From the IMG/VR virus record IMGVR_UViG_3300020388_000687, positions 1 to 27,570 of that record: a DNA stretch of 27,570 nt. One strand, given 5' to 3'. The DNA comes from a virus (Duplodnaviria; Caudoviricetes). Within the stretch, counting starts at the first letter, position 1; each line of letters opens with the position of its first letter. A model generated the notes under the pieces. The model was given only the letters and a program-made list of their open reading frames with translations, was not told the DNA's origin and did not search any database. The translations under genes were made by a program, and so were the position numbers. Below are positions 15,725 through 25,005 of the stretch, piece after piece.

Positions 15725-16096
15725 ATGAAATTTGATGACTTGAATGAAGATAACTACCTGTTATTTGCTATAAAATTCTACGATAATCCTCAAGCAGTCA
15801 CTAAAGACGATTTTGAGGATGATTTAAAAAGAATAAAGTATGTAAAAAGGTTGCTCAAGAGATATAAGAATACTGGTGTTCTAAAAACACACCTAATTCT
15901 TAATCATATTATTGTGTTATTTAATGTTTTTAATGAAGCAACAGTTCCTCTTCTTTTTTATAACTTAGAAGAAGATCTTTGGCCAGCAATTAAAAGTTTC
16001 CTATTATATCTAAAAAGAATTCCAGAATATCCAAAAACATATATTCACGGAATACCCGAAGATATCTATTGTATACAAGAGTTAAATTCTATCTGA
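15725..16096 (+). CDS. Conserved T4-like cyanophage hypothetical protein
   Basis: FAIKFYDNPQ, DLKRIKYVKRLL, HLILNHIIVLFNVF. Confidence 0.75.
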   Translation: MKFDDLNEDNYLLFAIKFYDNPQAVTKDDFEDDLKRIKYVKRLLKRYKNTGVLKTHLILNHIIVLFNVFNEATVPLLFYNLEEDLWPAIKSFLLYLKRIPEYPKTYIHGIPEDIYCIQELNSI

Positions 16097-16296
16097 TGGA
16101 TATTAATAAAATTATTGGTATCGTTCGCAATTTAAAAGAAGATGCAATGGCAAACACCGTTGGTGGTGGAGCAATTGCTGGAACTGCAGAAGCAGGAGAT
16201 GATCCTCCTGTGTCTAAGAAGAAAAAGAAACCACCAATCCTTGGTAGGGGATTAATGCCTGGTGCAAGAACTCGTTGGAAAAAAGGACTCGAATAA
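16096..16296 (+). CDS. Hypothetical protein (MDINKII...)
   Basis: TGATG/TAATG coupling at both ends. Confidence 0.65.
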   Translation: MDINKIIGIVRNLKEDAMANTVGGGAIAGTAEAGDDPPVSKKKKKPPILGRGLMPGARTRWKKGLE

Positions 16297-16703
16297 TGTT
16301 CTCAGATTCAAAAGTTGCTCAGTTAGAAACGAAAATAGATATCTATGAGGAACTTTCCAGAGAGATGCTGGCAAAGTTAGAGACGGCAGTTGATAAAATA
16401 TCTGAAGGTAACGCAAGAATTGCTCAGATTCTGGCAAAGCACGACGAAAGAATTGAGCAAAGTATTAAGAGTGATGAACTCATCATCAAGATGATTGATG
16501 AGATTAAAGAAAGCAGTGAAAAAAATTATCAAATTATTCATGGTAGAATTGATAAAATACAAGAAGAACTAAAAACTTTTTCAAAGTTTAGGTGGCAGAT
16601 AGGTGGTGTTCTAATTGTTGGAGCACTTCTTATTAGTGCAGGTAGCAGACTGGCACCCTCCTTCTTGACTCCACCAGCACAGCAGGTTATACTGGGTAGA
16701 TAA
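16296..16703 (+). CDS. Coiled-coil protein with C-terminal TM helix
   Basis: Heptad-like E/K/L/I sequence followed by FRWQIGGVLIVGALLISAG. Confidence 0.7.
   Translation: MFSDSKVAQLETKIDIYEELSREMLAKLETAVDKISEGNARIAQILAKHDERIEQSIKSDELIIKMIDEIKESSEKNYQIIHGRIDKIQEELKTFSKFRWQIGGVLIVGALLISAGSRLAPSFLTPPAQQVILGR
16665..16693 (+). promoter_or_regulatory. sigma70-type promoter for primase/nrd genes
   Basis: TTGACT(16665-16670)-N17-TATACT(16688-16693). Confidence 0.7.
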
Positions 16704-16719
16704 GAATAACCTTTTTATA

Positions 16720-17691
16720 ATGGATCTGGTTGACGCGAAATATATTAGTCTAGTTTCTTCGCGACTACAAAAATTTAAGAAGGTCAAATCAGATCTTTAT
16801 AACTTCCGTTGTCCTATCTGTGGAGATTCTCAGAAGAACAAGAATAAGGCACGGGGATACATGTATGTTGTTAAGAACAACACTAACTTCAAGTGCCATA
16901 ATTGTGGTGCTAGTTTGTCTTTTAATAATTTTCTAAAGAAGATTGATACCACACTGTATAAACAATATACCCTTGAGAAGTTCAAAGAGGGTCATACTGG
17001 TAAAAACTTTGTTATCGATGAACCAGAATTTAATTTTAAGAAACCAATATTCAAGAAAAAATTAAATTTACCAAAAGCATCTGAGAATGATATTTCTAAA
17101 GAATATCTAACTAAACGTAAACTTGATCCAGATAAGTTTTATTATGCTGAAAAGTTTATGGAGTGGTCAAATACACAGAAACAAATGTTTGATCGTATTG
17201 GTAAAGACGAACCAAGAATTATAATTCCACTCTATGATGAATCCAAAACTTTGATAGGATTTCAAGGTAGAGCACTCGTATCATCTTTCACTAAATATAT
17301 CACTATTATGTTAGATGATGAAGCGCCGAAACTTTACGGACTTGATAAAATTGATAAATCAAAATCAATCTACATCGTTGAAGGACCCTTCGACTCCACG
17401 TTCGTGGAAAACGCTGTTGCTATGTGTGGGTCCGATGTTGATATTGGGTCGTTTGATTGGAGCGATTATATTTGGGTTCTTGATAATGAACCACGCAACA
17501 GAGAAATCGTTACCCGAATTTCAAAACTCATCGATAGAGGACACAAGGTAGCAATTTGGCCAAGCAACATTATAGAGAAAGATATTAACGATATGGTCCT
17601 TGCTGGACATGATGTAATGTCTATGTTAAAATTGAATACATATTCTGGTTTAGAAGCAAAAATTAAATTCAACAGTTGGAAAAAAGTATGA
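16720..17691 (+). CDS. gp61: DNA primase
   Basis: Zn finger NFRCPICGDS...FKCHNC; GFQGRAL; TOPRIM IVEGPFDS, LDNEPRN, KDINDM. Confidence 0.95.
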   Translation: MDLVDAKYISLVSSRLQKFKKVKSDLYNFRCPICGDSQKNKNKARGYMYVVKNNTNFKCHNCGASLSFNNFLKKIDTTLYKQYTLEKFKEGHTGKNFVIDEPEFNFKKPIFKKKLNLPKASENDISKEYLTKRKLDPDKFYYAEKFMEWSNTQKQMFDRIGKDEPRIIIPLYDESKTLIGFQGRALVSSFTKYITIMLDDEAPKLYGLDKIDKSKSIYIVEGPFDSTFVENAVAMCGSDVDIGSFDWSDYIWVLDNEPRNREIVTRISKLIDRGHKVAIWPSNIIEKDINDMVLAGHDVMSMLKLNTYSGLEAKIKFNSWKKV

Positions 17692-19988
17692 GTAACGGAA
17701 CGAAAGTTGTTAAGAGAAATGGCAAAACTGAACCTCTTGATTTAAATAAACTCCATGTAATGGTGGAAGAATCTTGCAAAGATCTTGCAGGTGTATCTGC
17801 TTCTCAAGTTGAGATGCAGTCTGGAATTCAATTTTATGATGGCATCAGTACGTCAGAAATCCAAGAGATTCTGATTCGTTCTGCGTCTGATCTGATTGAT
17901 CTTGATCATATTAACTATCAATTTGTAGCGGCACGTCTGCTTCTGTTTGCATTACGTAAGCAACTTCATGGTAGAATGCATGATGTCCCCACTGTCAAGG
18001 CACACGCCGAACGTTGTGTTGCCCGTGGAGTATATGATGCAGAGATTCTTGATCTTTACTCTGATGAGGAGTTTGAGAGATTAGAATCTTTTATTGATCA
18101 CCAGCGTGACTACCTCTTCACCTACGCTGGTCTTCGTCAGGTAGTTGATAAATATCTCGTTCAAGATCGCAGCACTGGAGCACAATACGAGACTCCTCAA
18201 TTCATGTATCTCATGATTGCTGCAACTATTTTTTCAAAGTATCCAAAAGAAACACGTCTGGATTACGTAAGGAAGTACTACGATGCAATCTCACGACACA
18301 AAATCAACATTCCCACACCTATCATGGCAGGGGTGCGAACTCCACTTCGACAGTATGCTAGCTGTGTTCTTGTTGATGTTGATGACACCCTCGATAGCAT
18401 CTTTTCTAGTGACATGGCGATTGGTAAGTATGTTGCTCAGCGTGCAGGAATCGGTATCAACGCAGGTAGAATCCGTGGCATCAACGCTAAGATCCGAGAC
18501 GGAGAGGTTCAGCATACAGGTGTTGTCCCCTTCCTCAAAAAGTTTGAATCAACTGTCAGATGTTGCACTCAAAACGGGATCCGAGGTGGGTCAGCTACTG
18601 TCCACTTTCCTATCTGGCATCAAGAGATAGAAGATATTCTAGTTCTTAAGAACAACAAAGGTACAGAAGACAATCGCGTAAGAAAACTTGATTACTCTAT
18701 CCAAATCTCGAAAATCTTTTATGAAAGATTTATTCAAAACAAAGAAATCACCCTCTTCAGCCCTCACGATGTTCCAGGTCTGTATGATGCTTTTGGGACT
18801 CCTGACTTTGACGACCTATATGTGGGTTATGAACGAGATGAGTCTGTTCCAAGAAAAGTTATCAGTGCTCAAGAACTCTTTCTGGACCTCTTGAAAGAAA
18901 GAGCAGAAACTGGTAGACTGTATATCATGAACATTGACCATTGCAACTCTCACTCATCCTTTATGGATAAAGTTGAGATGAGTAATTTATGTCAAGAGAT
19001 CACACTTCCAACTAAACCACTACAACACATTGACGATGAAGATGGGGAAATTGCTCTCTGCATCCTTTCTGCTATTAATATTGGTAAAATTAGGGATCTG
19101 GAAGATCTTCAAGTTTTGTGTGATCTTGCTGTTAGGAGTCTTGATGAACTCATTGATTTTCAAGGATACCCCGTCAGAGCAGCAGCAATTACCACAAGAG
19201 CCCGCCGTTCACTTGGAATCGGTTACATTGGACTAGCACACTATCTTGCTAAGAACGGTGTTAATTACAATGATTCTGAGGCGTGGAAACTTGTTCATGA
19301 TCTTACTGAAGCATTCCAATATTATCTAATTTCTGCTACAGTAGATCTGGCAGAAGAAAAAGGTGCTTGTGAGTATAGCAGCCGAACTAAGTATGGTAAT
19401 GGAATTCTTCCGATTGATACATATAAGAACGATGTTGATGAAATTGTTGCAAACGAATTGAACTATGATTGGGAAAGTCTTCGAACACGGATTATTACCC
19501 ACGGAGTTAGGAACTCAACATTGTCTGCTCAGATGCCATCGGAGAGCAGTTCCGTTGTGTCAAACGCAACAAATGGAATTGAACCACCTAGAGGATATTT
19601 GTCCATTAAGAAAAGCAAAAAGGGACCACTCAAACAGATTGTTCCGCAATACGCGACTCTTAAAAACAATTATACCCTTTTGTGGGATATGCCTAGTAAC
19701 GCTGGGTATATTAATATTGTTGCTGTAATGCAGAAGTTCTTTGACCAAGCAATCAGTGGCAATTGGAGTTATAATCCAACCAACTATCCTGATAATGAGG
19801 TTCCGGTGTCAGTTATGGCACAAGACCTTCTGACTACATACAAATACGGTTGGAAGACCTCTTATTATCAAAACACCTACGATATCAAAACTGACGAAGT
19901 TGATGAAAGCAACAAGTCAGAACTTGATGATTTAATTTCACAATTACAACAAGCCGAGGAGGAAGACTGTGAGTCTTGTAAGATTTAA
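17688..19988 (+). CDS. nrdA: Ribonucleotide reductase class Ia alpha subunit
   Basis: ATP-cone VVKRNG, PTPIMAG, ASCVL, SNLCQEI, GWKTSYY, C-terminal CESCKI. Confidence 0.97.
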   Translation: MSNGTKVVKRNGKTEPLDLNKLHVMVEESCKDLAGVSASQVEMQSGIQFYDGISTSEIQEILIRSASDLIDLDHINYQFVAARLLLFALRKQLHGRMHDVPTVKAHAERCVARGVYDAEILDLYSDEEFERLESFIDHQRDYLFTYAGLRQVVDKYLVQDRSTGAQYETPQFMYLMIAATIFSKYPKETRLDYVRKYYDAISRHKINIPTPIMAGVRTPLRQYASCVLVDVDDTLDSIFSSDMAIGKYVAQRAGIGINAGRIRGINAKIRDGEVQHTGVVPFLKKFESTVRCCTQNGIRGGSATVHFPIWHQEIEDILVLKNNKGTEDNRVRKLDYSIQISKIFYERFIQNKEITLFSPHDVPGLYDAFGTPDFDDLYVGYERDESVPRKVISAQELFLDLLKERAETGRLYIMNIDHCNSHSSFMDKVEMSNLCQEITLPTKPLQHIDDEDGEIALCILSAINIGKIRDLEDLQVLCDLAVRSLDELIDFQGYPVRAAAITTRARRSLGIGYIGLAHYLAKNGVNYNDSEAWKLVHDLTEAFQYYLISATVDLAEEKGACEYSSRTKYGNGILPIDTYKNDVDEIVANELNYDWESLRTRIITHGVRNSTLSAQMPSESSSVVSNATNGIEPPRGYLSIKKSKKGPLKQIVPQYATLKNNYTLLWDMPSNAGYINIVAVMQKFFDQAISGNWSYNPTNYPDNEVPVSVMAQDLLTTYKYGWKTSYYQNTYDIKTDEVDESNKSELDDLISQLQQAEEEDCESCKI

Positions 19989-21153
19989 GACGAACAAAGA
20001 GGAAAGACCAATGGTCGATTCTATGACGGTATTCAACGCAGAAGAGGTAGACACTAAAAAACAACCGATGTTCTTCGGTAAACCGTTAGGTATTCAGAGA
20101 TACGATTCTTACAAGTATCCAATTTTTGATAAACTTACAACACAACAACTGGGATATTTCTGGAGACCTGAAGAGGTATCCCTCCAGAAAGACCGTGCGG
20201 ACTATCAGACATTACGTCCTGAGCAAAAGCATATCTTTACTTCTAATTTGAAGTATCAGATTATGTTGGATTCTGTGCAAGGGCGTGGTCCTGGTATGGC
20301 ATTCATTCCTTACTGCTCTCTTCCTGAATTGGAAGCGTGTATGGAAGTTTGGGGATTCATGGAAATGATCCACAGTCGCTCCTACACACATATCATCAAG
20401 AACATCTATCCAGATCCTTCAGATGTGTTTGATCATATTCTGAATGATGATCGTATTGTAGAACGTGCTATGAGTGTTACGGAAGCATATAATGACTTCA
20501 TTAATGCTGCTCATCAGTATGATAATTCTAATGATTGGCAACATGCATTAGAGCAAGTCCCCTATGCACTAGAATCAAGGTATGAACTCAAGCGCAAACT
20601 CTTCAGAGCAGTTGCAAACGTTAATATTCTTGAAGGTATTCGCTTTTACGTATCCTTTGCTTGTAGTTTTGCTTTTGGCGAACTCAAACTTATGGAAGGA
20701 AGTGCAAAGATCATCTCCCTGATTGCCAGAGATGAGAATCAGCATCTTGCCATTACTCAGAATATTCTGAAGAAGTGGCGTGAAGGTGATGATCCTGAGA
20801 TGGCAAGAATCTTCAAGGAAGAAGAGCAATGGTTGATTAAGACTTTTGATAATTGTGTTAATCAAGAAAAACTTTGGGCAGAATACCTGTTCAAAGATGG
20901 ATCTATGATTGGTCTGAATGATAAACTGCTGCAGCAGTATGTTGAATGGATTGCCAATCGTAGAATGAAAGCAATTGGACTAAAACCAATCTATGACATA
21001 CCCGCAAAGAATAACCCACTCCCCTGGACGGAACATTGGATTTCGTCGAAGGGTCTTCAAATTGCTCCTCAAGAAACTGAGGTTGAGTCTTACATCGTTG
21101 GAGGAATCAAACAAGATGTCAAAGCAGATACCTTCTCAGGATTTAGTCTTTGA
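19969..21153 (+). CDS. nrdB: Ribonucleotide reductase class Ia beta subunit
   Basis: FWRPEEV, EMIHSRSY, LEGIRFYVSF, RDENQH, APQETEVESY. Confidence 0.97.
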   Translation: MSLVRFKTNKEERPMVDSMTVFNAEEVDTKKQPMFFGKPLGIQRYDSYKYPIFDKLTTQQLGYFWRPEEVSLQKDRADYQTLRPEQKHIFTSNLKYQIMLDSVQGRGPGMAFIPYCSLPELEACMEVWGFMEMIHSRSYTHIIKNIYPDPSDVFDHILNDDRIVERAMSVTEAYNDFINAAHQYDNSNDWQHALEQVPYALESRYELKRKLFRAVANVNILEGIRFYVSFACSFAFGELKLMEGSAKIISLIARDENQHLAITQNILKKWREGDDPEMARIFKEEEQWLIKTFDNCVNQEKLWAEYLFKDGSMIGLNDKLLQQYVEWIANRRMKAIGLKPIYDIPAKNNPLPWTEHWISSKGLQIAPQETEVESYIVGGIKQDVKADTFSGFSL

Positions 21154-21253
21154 TTCATATGCAGCATATAGGGAAGCAGCAAAATCAGATGCTTTCCTAT
21201 TTGGTGACTATGATGGGTATCAAGCATTTGAAGATTTAGACAAAGAGGGGTAA
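21116..21253 (+). CDS. 45-aa hypothetical protein (MSKQIPSQDLVFDSY...)
   Basis: GGAGG at 21100-21104; overlaps the nrdB end and fills the gap to the terminator. Confidence 0.5.
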   Translation: MSKQIPSQDLVFDSYAAYREAAKSDAFLFGDYDGYQAFEDLDKEG

Positions 21254-21267
21254 CACCCTCTTTTTTT
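21243..21267 (+). terminator. Rho-independent terminator
   Basis: AGAGGG-GTAACA-CCCTCT followed by a T-run. Confidence 0.8.
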
Positions 21268-21274
21268 ATAAATA
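21267..21274 (+). promoter_or_regulatory. T4 consensus late promoter TATAAATA
   Basis: Exact match fused to the terminator T-run. Confidence 0.8.
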
Positions 21275-21300
21275 AAAATACGCAATAATTGATTAAAACG

Positions 21301-22275
21301 ATGCAACCTGCAGATATTAGATCACTTACCGAAGCATATCGAGGTATTTACGAAGAGAAAGTAGAACTTACTGAAGAACTTCTCGATGAAACTTTTGACG
21401 AATTAGTTGATGAGTTCATTGAAGAAGGTTATGAAGAAGAGGAAGCACTTTCCCTTTTAGAAGATGCAACCGACGCTTATCTTGAAGAAGCAAAGGTGAC
21501 TTTTGGAAGTGATACTGCTCCTATGAGAGCGTCTGGTGCTCCTGTAGGTGCTAGAAGAAAGTATGGTAAGAGAAGGGCAGGTGATGCACTGAAGGCAGCA
21601 GGAAGTGCTGTAAAGGGTGCCGTTGACGGTGCTAAGAAAAAGGCATCTGCTGCTAAGGCAGGTGCTCAGATTGCTGGTTCTATCGCTAAGGATGAGGCAA
21701 GGAGAGCAGGACGTAAGGCAGCACTTGCCGTTACAAGCGCACCTGGCAAGGCAAAGGCGGCTGTTGATAAGAAGAAGCAAGAAACCAAGAAAGGTATCAA
21801 GGGATTCATCAAACGTCAGGCACAGAAAGTTGTCAGTCGTATGAGTGAAGAGGTTGTGGAGACTGAAGGTTATCAACCAATGACTCCTGAACGCAAAATG
21901 CGTGTTGATAAGGCAAAGAGAAATGCATATGATAATGATCAACGTGCTCAGCATCAAGGTGATTCTGCAGAAGCAGATAAGCAGTTCAAGCGCCGTATGG
22001 CAATGGACAGCAAAACTAAGATGAAAAGAGAAGAACTCGAAGCAACTGGACTGTTCTCCGAGAAGGAAATTGCTGCTATAGAAGAAGCAATGTCATCTTA
22101 CGACAAGAATCGTAAGAGGGCAGCACAAAGAGCAGCAGACAGAAATGCTGCCAGAGCAGCAGGTAAAACTGGTGTAGTTCCTGGTGTGGGTTATGTAACT
22201 CCTAATAAGGAGAGAGAAACTTATACAGATGAAAAGGGCACCACGCGCCATAAGTCTGGTGCAAAAATGCCCTAA
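21301..22275 (+). CDS. Late, charged Ala/Lys-rich protein (probable head-internal protein)
   Basis: Acidic N-terminal domain (LTEAYRGIYEE...), then basic modules separated by acidic linkers; late promoter. Confidence 0.65.
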   Translation: MQPADIRSLTEAYRGIYEEKVELTEELLDETFDELVDEFIEEGYEEEEALSLLEDATDAYLEEAKVTFGSDTAPMRASGAPVGARRKYGKRRAGDALKAAGSAVKGAVDGAKKKASAAKAGAQIAGSIAKDEARRAGRKAALAVTSAPGKAKAAVDKKKQETKKGIKGFIKRQAQKVVSRMSEEVVETEGYQPMTPERKMRVDKAKRNAYDNDQRAQHQGDSAEADKQFKRRMAMDSKTKMKREELEATGLFSEKEIAAIEEAMSSYDKNRKRAAQRAADRNAARAAGKTGVVPGVGYVTPNKERETYTDEKGTTRHKSGAKMP

Positions 22276-22296
22276 GATAAATTATAAAAAAATGTT

Positions 22297-22322
22297 AAGC
22301 AGGGTTCATACCCTGCTTTTTT
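22297..22322. terminator. Terminator hairpin between convergent genes
   Basis: AAGCAGGGT-TCAT-ACCCTGCTT plus T-run on the + strand. Confidence 0.75.
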
Positions 22323-22665
22323 AGTCTCTAGTTACTGATTTTTTAACAATCACATCACCTTCAATAATACGAGTGTTCTCCCCATCTTTGTGGAGATATA
22401 AATCGTAGTAATATCTTCCTGCCTTTAGTGCTGCAGTTTGTGCCGCAGTTAAACTGATTCTAATTTTACCGTTTACAGAGTCAGTAATTGTTGTTGAAAA
22501 CGAGGTTGATGTTGTTGAACCTGCATTCTTTTTAAACTTTGATATGACAGTATATCCGGTAAGATTAAGTGCTCCTCCGTCATCTGCAAGAGTAAAAATT
22601 TGAGCAAAATCAGTTCCAGTATGGAATAAAAGATTAGTTGTGTAAATTGAATTTGTGATTGCCAT
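22321..22665 (-). CDS. Small beta-sandwich protein (baseplate/BppU-N-like, probable structural)
   Basis: GTDF...LNLTGYT...GKIRISLTAAQTAALKAGRYYYDL...RIIEG. Confidence 0.7.
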   Translation of the reverse strand: MAITNSIYTTNLLFHTGTDFAQIFTLADDGGALNLTGYTVISKFKKNAGSTTSTSFSTTITDSVNGKIRISLTAAQTAALKAGRYYYDLYLHKDGENTRIIEGDVIVKKSVTRD

Positions 22666-22682
22666 TAGAAAACTTTATTAGT

Positions 22683-23036
22683 TTACGATGTTATACCAAC
22701 TCTTACTAATGCTGTTCCCTCTACAGCAATTGATTTATTGGGTGATGCCGTATCTACGTCTTTAGTCAACATTACATCATAAACATATCTTCCTTCTTTC
22801 AATGCTGCGGTAATAGTAGAGGCAAGAGAAAGAACAATCTCACCTTCAGCAGCACTAGTAATTCCAACAGCAAACTGTGCAGAAAGAGTGGAAGATTCTG
22901 CATGTTTCCTCATCATAGAAGTCACAGCATACCCAGTCAGATTCAGTGGAGTGTTTCCACCAGAATCAGTAATTGTTAATGGTAATTGAAATTCGCAACC
23001 AGAGGGAATAACAATATTGTTTGCATATACTGCCAT
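22683..23036 (-). CDS. Paralogue of the adjacent beta-sandwich protein
   Basis: LNLTGY...GEIVLSLASTITAALKEGRYVYDV...AVEG. Confidence 0.7.
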   Translation of the reverse strand: MAVYANNIVIPSGCEFQLPLTITDSGGNTPLNLTGYAVTSMMRKHAESSTLSAQFAVGITSAAEGEIVLSLASTITAALKEGRYVYDVMLTKDVDTASPNKSIAVEGTALVRVGITS

Positions 23037-23057
23037 TTATTATAAGTCTTTATCAAG

Positions 23058-23126
23058 TATTTATCAAGGGGTTGACAAAAGTTGATTCCATGACTAGAGT
23101 TGGTTTGTTGCATTCAAAGATAAATA
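23058..23126. promoter_or_regulatory. Divergent promoter region
   Basis: Minus-strand late box ATAAATA (23058-23064); plus-strand TTGACA(23072)-N17-TAGAGT(23095) and plus-strand ATAAATA (23120-23126). Confidence 0.6.
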
Positions 23127-23148
23127 ATAGCTTATTACGACTCTGTAA

Positions 23149-23622
23149 ATGAGCTTTGAACTAAATAATATATCAGATTATGAAAATCCTTGGATATACT
23201 TGGAACGAACTTTTAATACTGATGATGTTGGGGACTACTTTGGTTTTGTTTATCTCATTACCAATAAGTCAAATCAACGACAGTACATTGGGAGAAAGTA
23301 TTTTTGGTCGTTTAGAACACCACCTGGAAAAAAACGAAAAGTAAAGCAGGAATCCGATTGGAAGAAATATTACGGATCCTGTCCTGAATTAAAAGAAGAT
23401 CTCAAACTATACGGAAAAGAGATCTTCAGTAGAGAAATTTTAAGTTTACACATAACAAAAGGCACCTGCAATTTCGAAGAGACCAAGCAGTTGTTTTTAA
23501 ATAATGTTCTATCAGAAGCACTTGACGACGGAACGCCCGCATATTATAATAGCAATATTCTTGGGCGATACATGCGTAAAGATTATGGTAACTTTAGAAG
23601 AGACTCTTCAACTAACGCATGA
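23149..23622 (+). CDS. GIY-YIG endonuclease (single-domain, endonuclease II-like)
   Basis: GFVYLITNKSNQRQYIGRK, WKKYYGS, FSREIL, YYN. Confidence 0.8.
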   Translation: MSFELNNISDYENPWIYLERTFNTDDVGDYFGFVYLITNKSNQRQYIGRKYFWSFRTPPGKKRKVKQESDWKKYYGSCPELKEDLKLYGKEIFSREILSLHITKGTCNFEETKQLFLNNVLSEALDDGTPAYYNSNILGRYMRKDYGNFRRDSSTNA

Positions 23623-23791
23623 TTGGGCAGTAGATCGTATACATATTCTCTGCGATAGAGAAAATCAAGATCTTTTATTAAACATTGAAGATGCTCATGC
23701 AATCCAAAGTGAATTCTCTGAGTGGTTAGATCCAAATATTGATGATCACGATATTTACTCACTAGAATACTTAGGGGAAGAAGATGACTAA
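23585..23791 (+). CDS. Hypothetical acidic protein (MVTLEETLQ...)
   Basis: Start re-assigned to ATG 23585; acidic 68-aa ORF. Confidence 0.6.
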   Translation: MVTLEETLQLTHDWAVDRIHILCDRENQDLLLNIEDAHAIQSEFSEWLDPNIDDHDIYSLEYLGEEDD

Positions 23792-23948
23792 TCATCACGG
23801 TCCATCTAATAGTTTTAAAAAACAAATATTACAAGAATGTAAAAGACTTATAGATCAAGGAAAGTTTATTGAAGCAAATCATTTATTTCAAATTTACTTT
23901 CCAAAAGATAGTTTTCATGACCTTGACAAAATCTATATCAGATGCTAG
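23784..23948 (+). CDS. 54-aa hypothetical protein (MTNHHGPSNSFKKQILQECK...)
   Basis: Manual translation; overlaps the previous stop; purine-rich SD; fills the gap. Confidence 0.55.
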   Translation: MTNHHGPSNSFKKQILQECKRLIDQGKFIEANHLFQIYFPKDSFHDLDKIYIRC

Positions 23949-23951
23949 TAT
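23923..23951 (+). promoter_or_regulatory. sigma70-type promoter
   Basis: TTGACA(23923-23928)-N17-TAGTAT(23946-23951), with an overlapping TATAAT at 23949. Confidence 0.6.
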
Positions 23952-23971
23952 AATGTCGTAAATTAAATCGG

Positions 23972-24562
23972 ATGGTTATGAAGATGGTGGGTAATGCCCT
24001 CATAGCATCTGCAATTGCAGTAACCGCTACAGCAAGTGTTCCAATTTTTGTAACATCACCACCACCTGTTCAAACTCATGTGGTAAATTTGGAGCAAGAA
24101 CAAACTTGGAAATGTCCTGGATGTACGCCTGAAGAAAAGCACGTCCTGGCAGCACTACAAGAGTATACAAAAATCTCTGATCGTAATGCTCTTGCTACGA
24201 TCATGGGAAACATTCAACAAGAATCTAAATTTATTGCTAACATCTGTGAAGGTGGTGCTCGCGTCTCCTATACTGAATGTAAGACTGGTGGATTTGGTTT
24301 GATTCAGTGGACTTCTATCGGTCGCTACAAGGGTCTTGGAAACTTCTGTGCCAAGTATGTTTGTGACCCCAGTAGTCTGGAAGGTCAGACTCGTTGGATG
24401 ATTAACGAACCCATATTCCAACGTGTTCTTCCACAATTTGAGGGTGGTGGACAAACTGTATCCTATTATATGAAACCTGCATATATTTGGTTGGGATGGG
24501 GGATAAAGGGTAATCGAGAAAATTACTCATATAACTATAGTAAGCAATTGATTCTGGCATGA
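23972..24562 (+). CDS. Lysozyme-like protein (phage tail lysozyme / Phage_lysozyme2 type) with N-terminal signal/anchor
   Basis: ATIMGNIQQES (catalytic Glu) and GGFGLIQWT motifs; hydrophobic Ala-rich N-terminus. Exact start uncertain. Confidence 0.75.
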   Translation: MVMKMVGNALIASAIAVTATASVPIFVTSPPPVQTHVVNLEQEQTWKCPGCTPEEKHVLAALQEYTKISDRNALATIMGNIQQESKFIANICEGGARVSYTECKTGGFGLIQWTSIGRYKGLGNFCAKYVCDPSSLEGQTRWMINEPIFQRVLPQFEGGGQTVSYYMKPAYIWLGWGIKGNRENYSYNYSKQLILA

Positions 24563-25005
24563 TTGAACGATTTGTAGAACTCTTTAAAAGGAAAGGGGAA
24601 CTCAAACAAAAAGTTGAAACACAAACTACAATCCTCCAGAAAAAAGCAGGCACTTTCAAAATGGAATGTGCTATTGAGGAAGATGATGTAAAATGTTCTG
24701 AAGACAATGCATCTCCAGTTGTAGGTGTTCCTGCACCCACATATCTCAAAGATGATACCTGGTTTGGTCCTGCTCCTATCAAGTCTGAAAAGCAACTTGA
24801 TTATATGGAGCAGGAAACTCTCATTAAACAACAACAGTATCAACAAAATGATTTTCTTGAATCTGAAAATATTCATGAAATGATGTATCAAATCTCAACA
24901 CAAAATTGGAACACTGTAGATGAAAGTCAAGGTGGTTCTGAAAACTTTCAGGAAGGACCTGGTGGTTTACAATCTGGTAATCGATGGAGCACTTTTAAAA
25001 AATGA
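24559..25005 (+). CDS. Hypothetical protein
   Basis: 148-aa ORF with ATGA coupling at both ends. Confidence 0.65.
   Translation: MIERFVELFKRKGELKQKVETQTTILQKKAGTFKMECAIEEDDVKCSEDNASPVVGVPAPTYLKDDTWFGPAPIKSEKQLDYMEQETLIKQQQYQQNDFLESENIHEMMYQISTQNWNTVDESQGGSENFQEGPGGLQSGNRWSTFKK

Noticed and set aside
3076-21153. Introns, inteins or split genes in gp43, gp41, nrdA, nrdB
   Set aside because: All are continuous ORFs of normal cyanophage length with no visible splicing motifs.
23149-23622. Mobile Seg-type homing endonuclease
   Set aside because: Single short GIY-YIG domain without C-terminal DNA-binding repeats; more consistent with a conserved endonuclease II-like gene.
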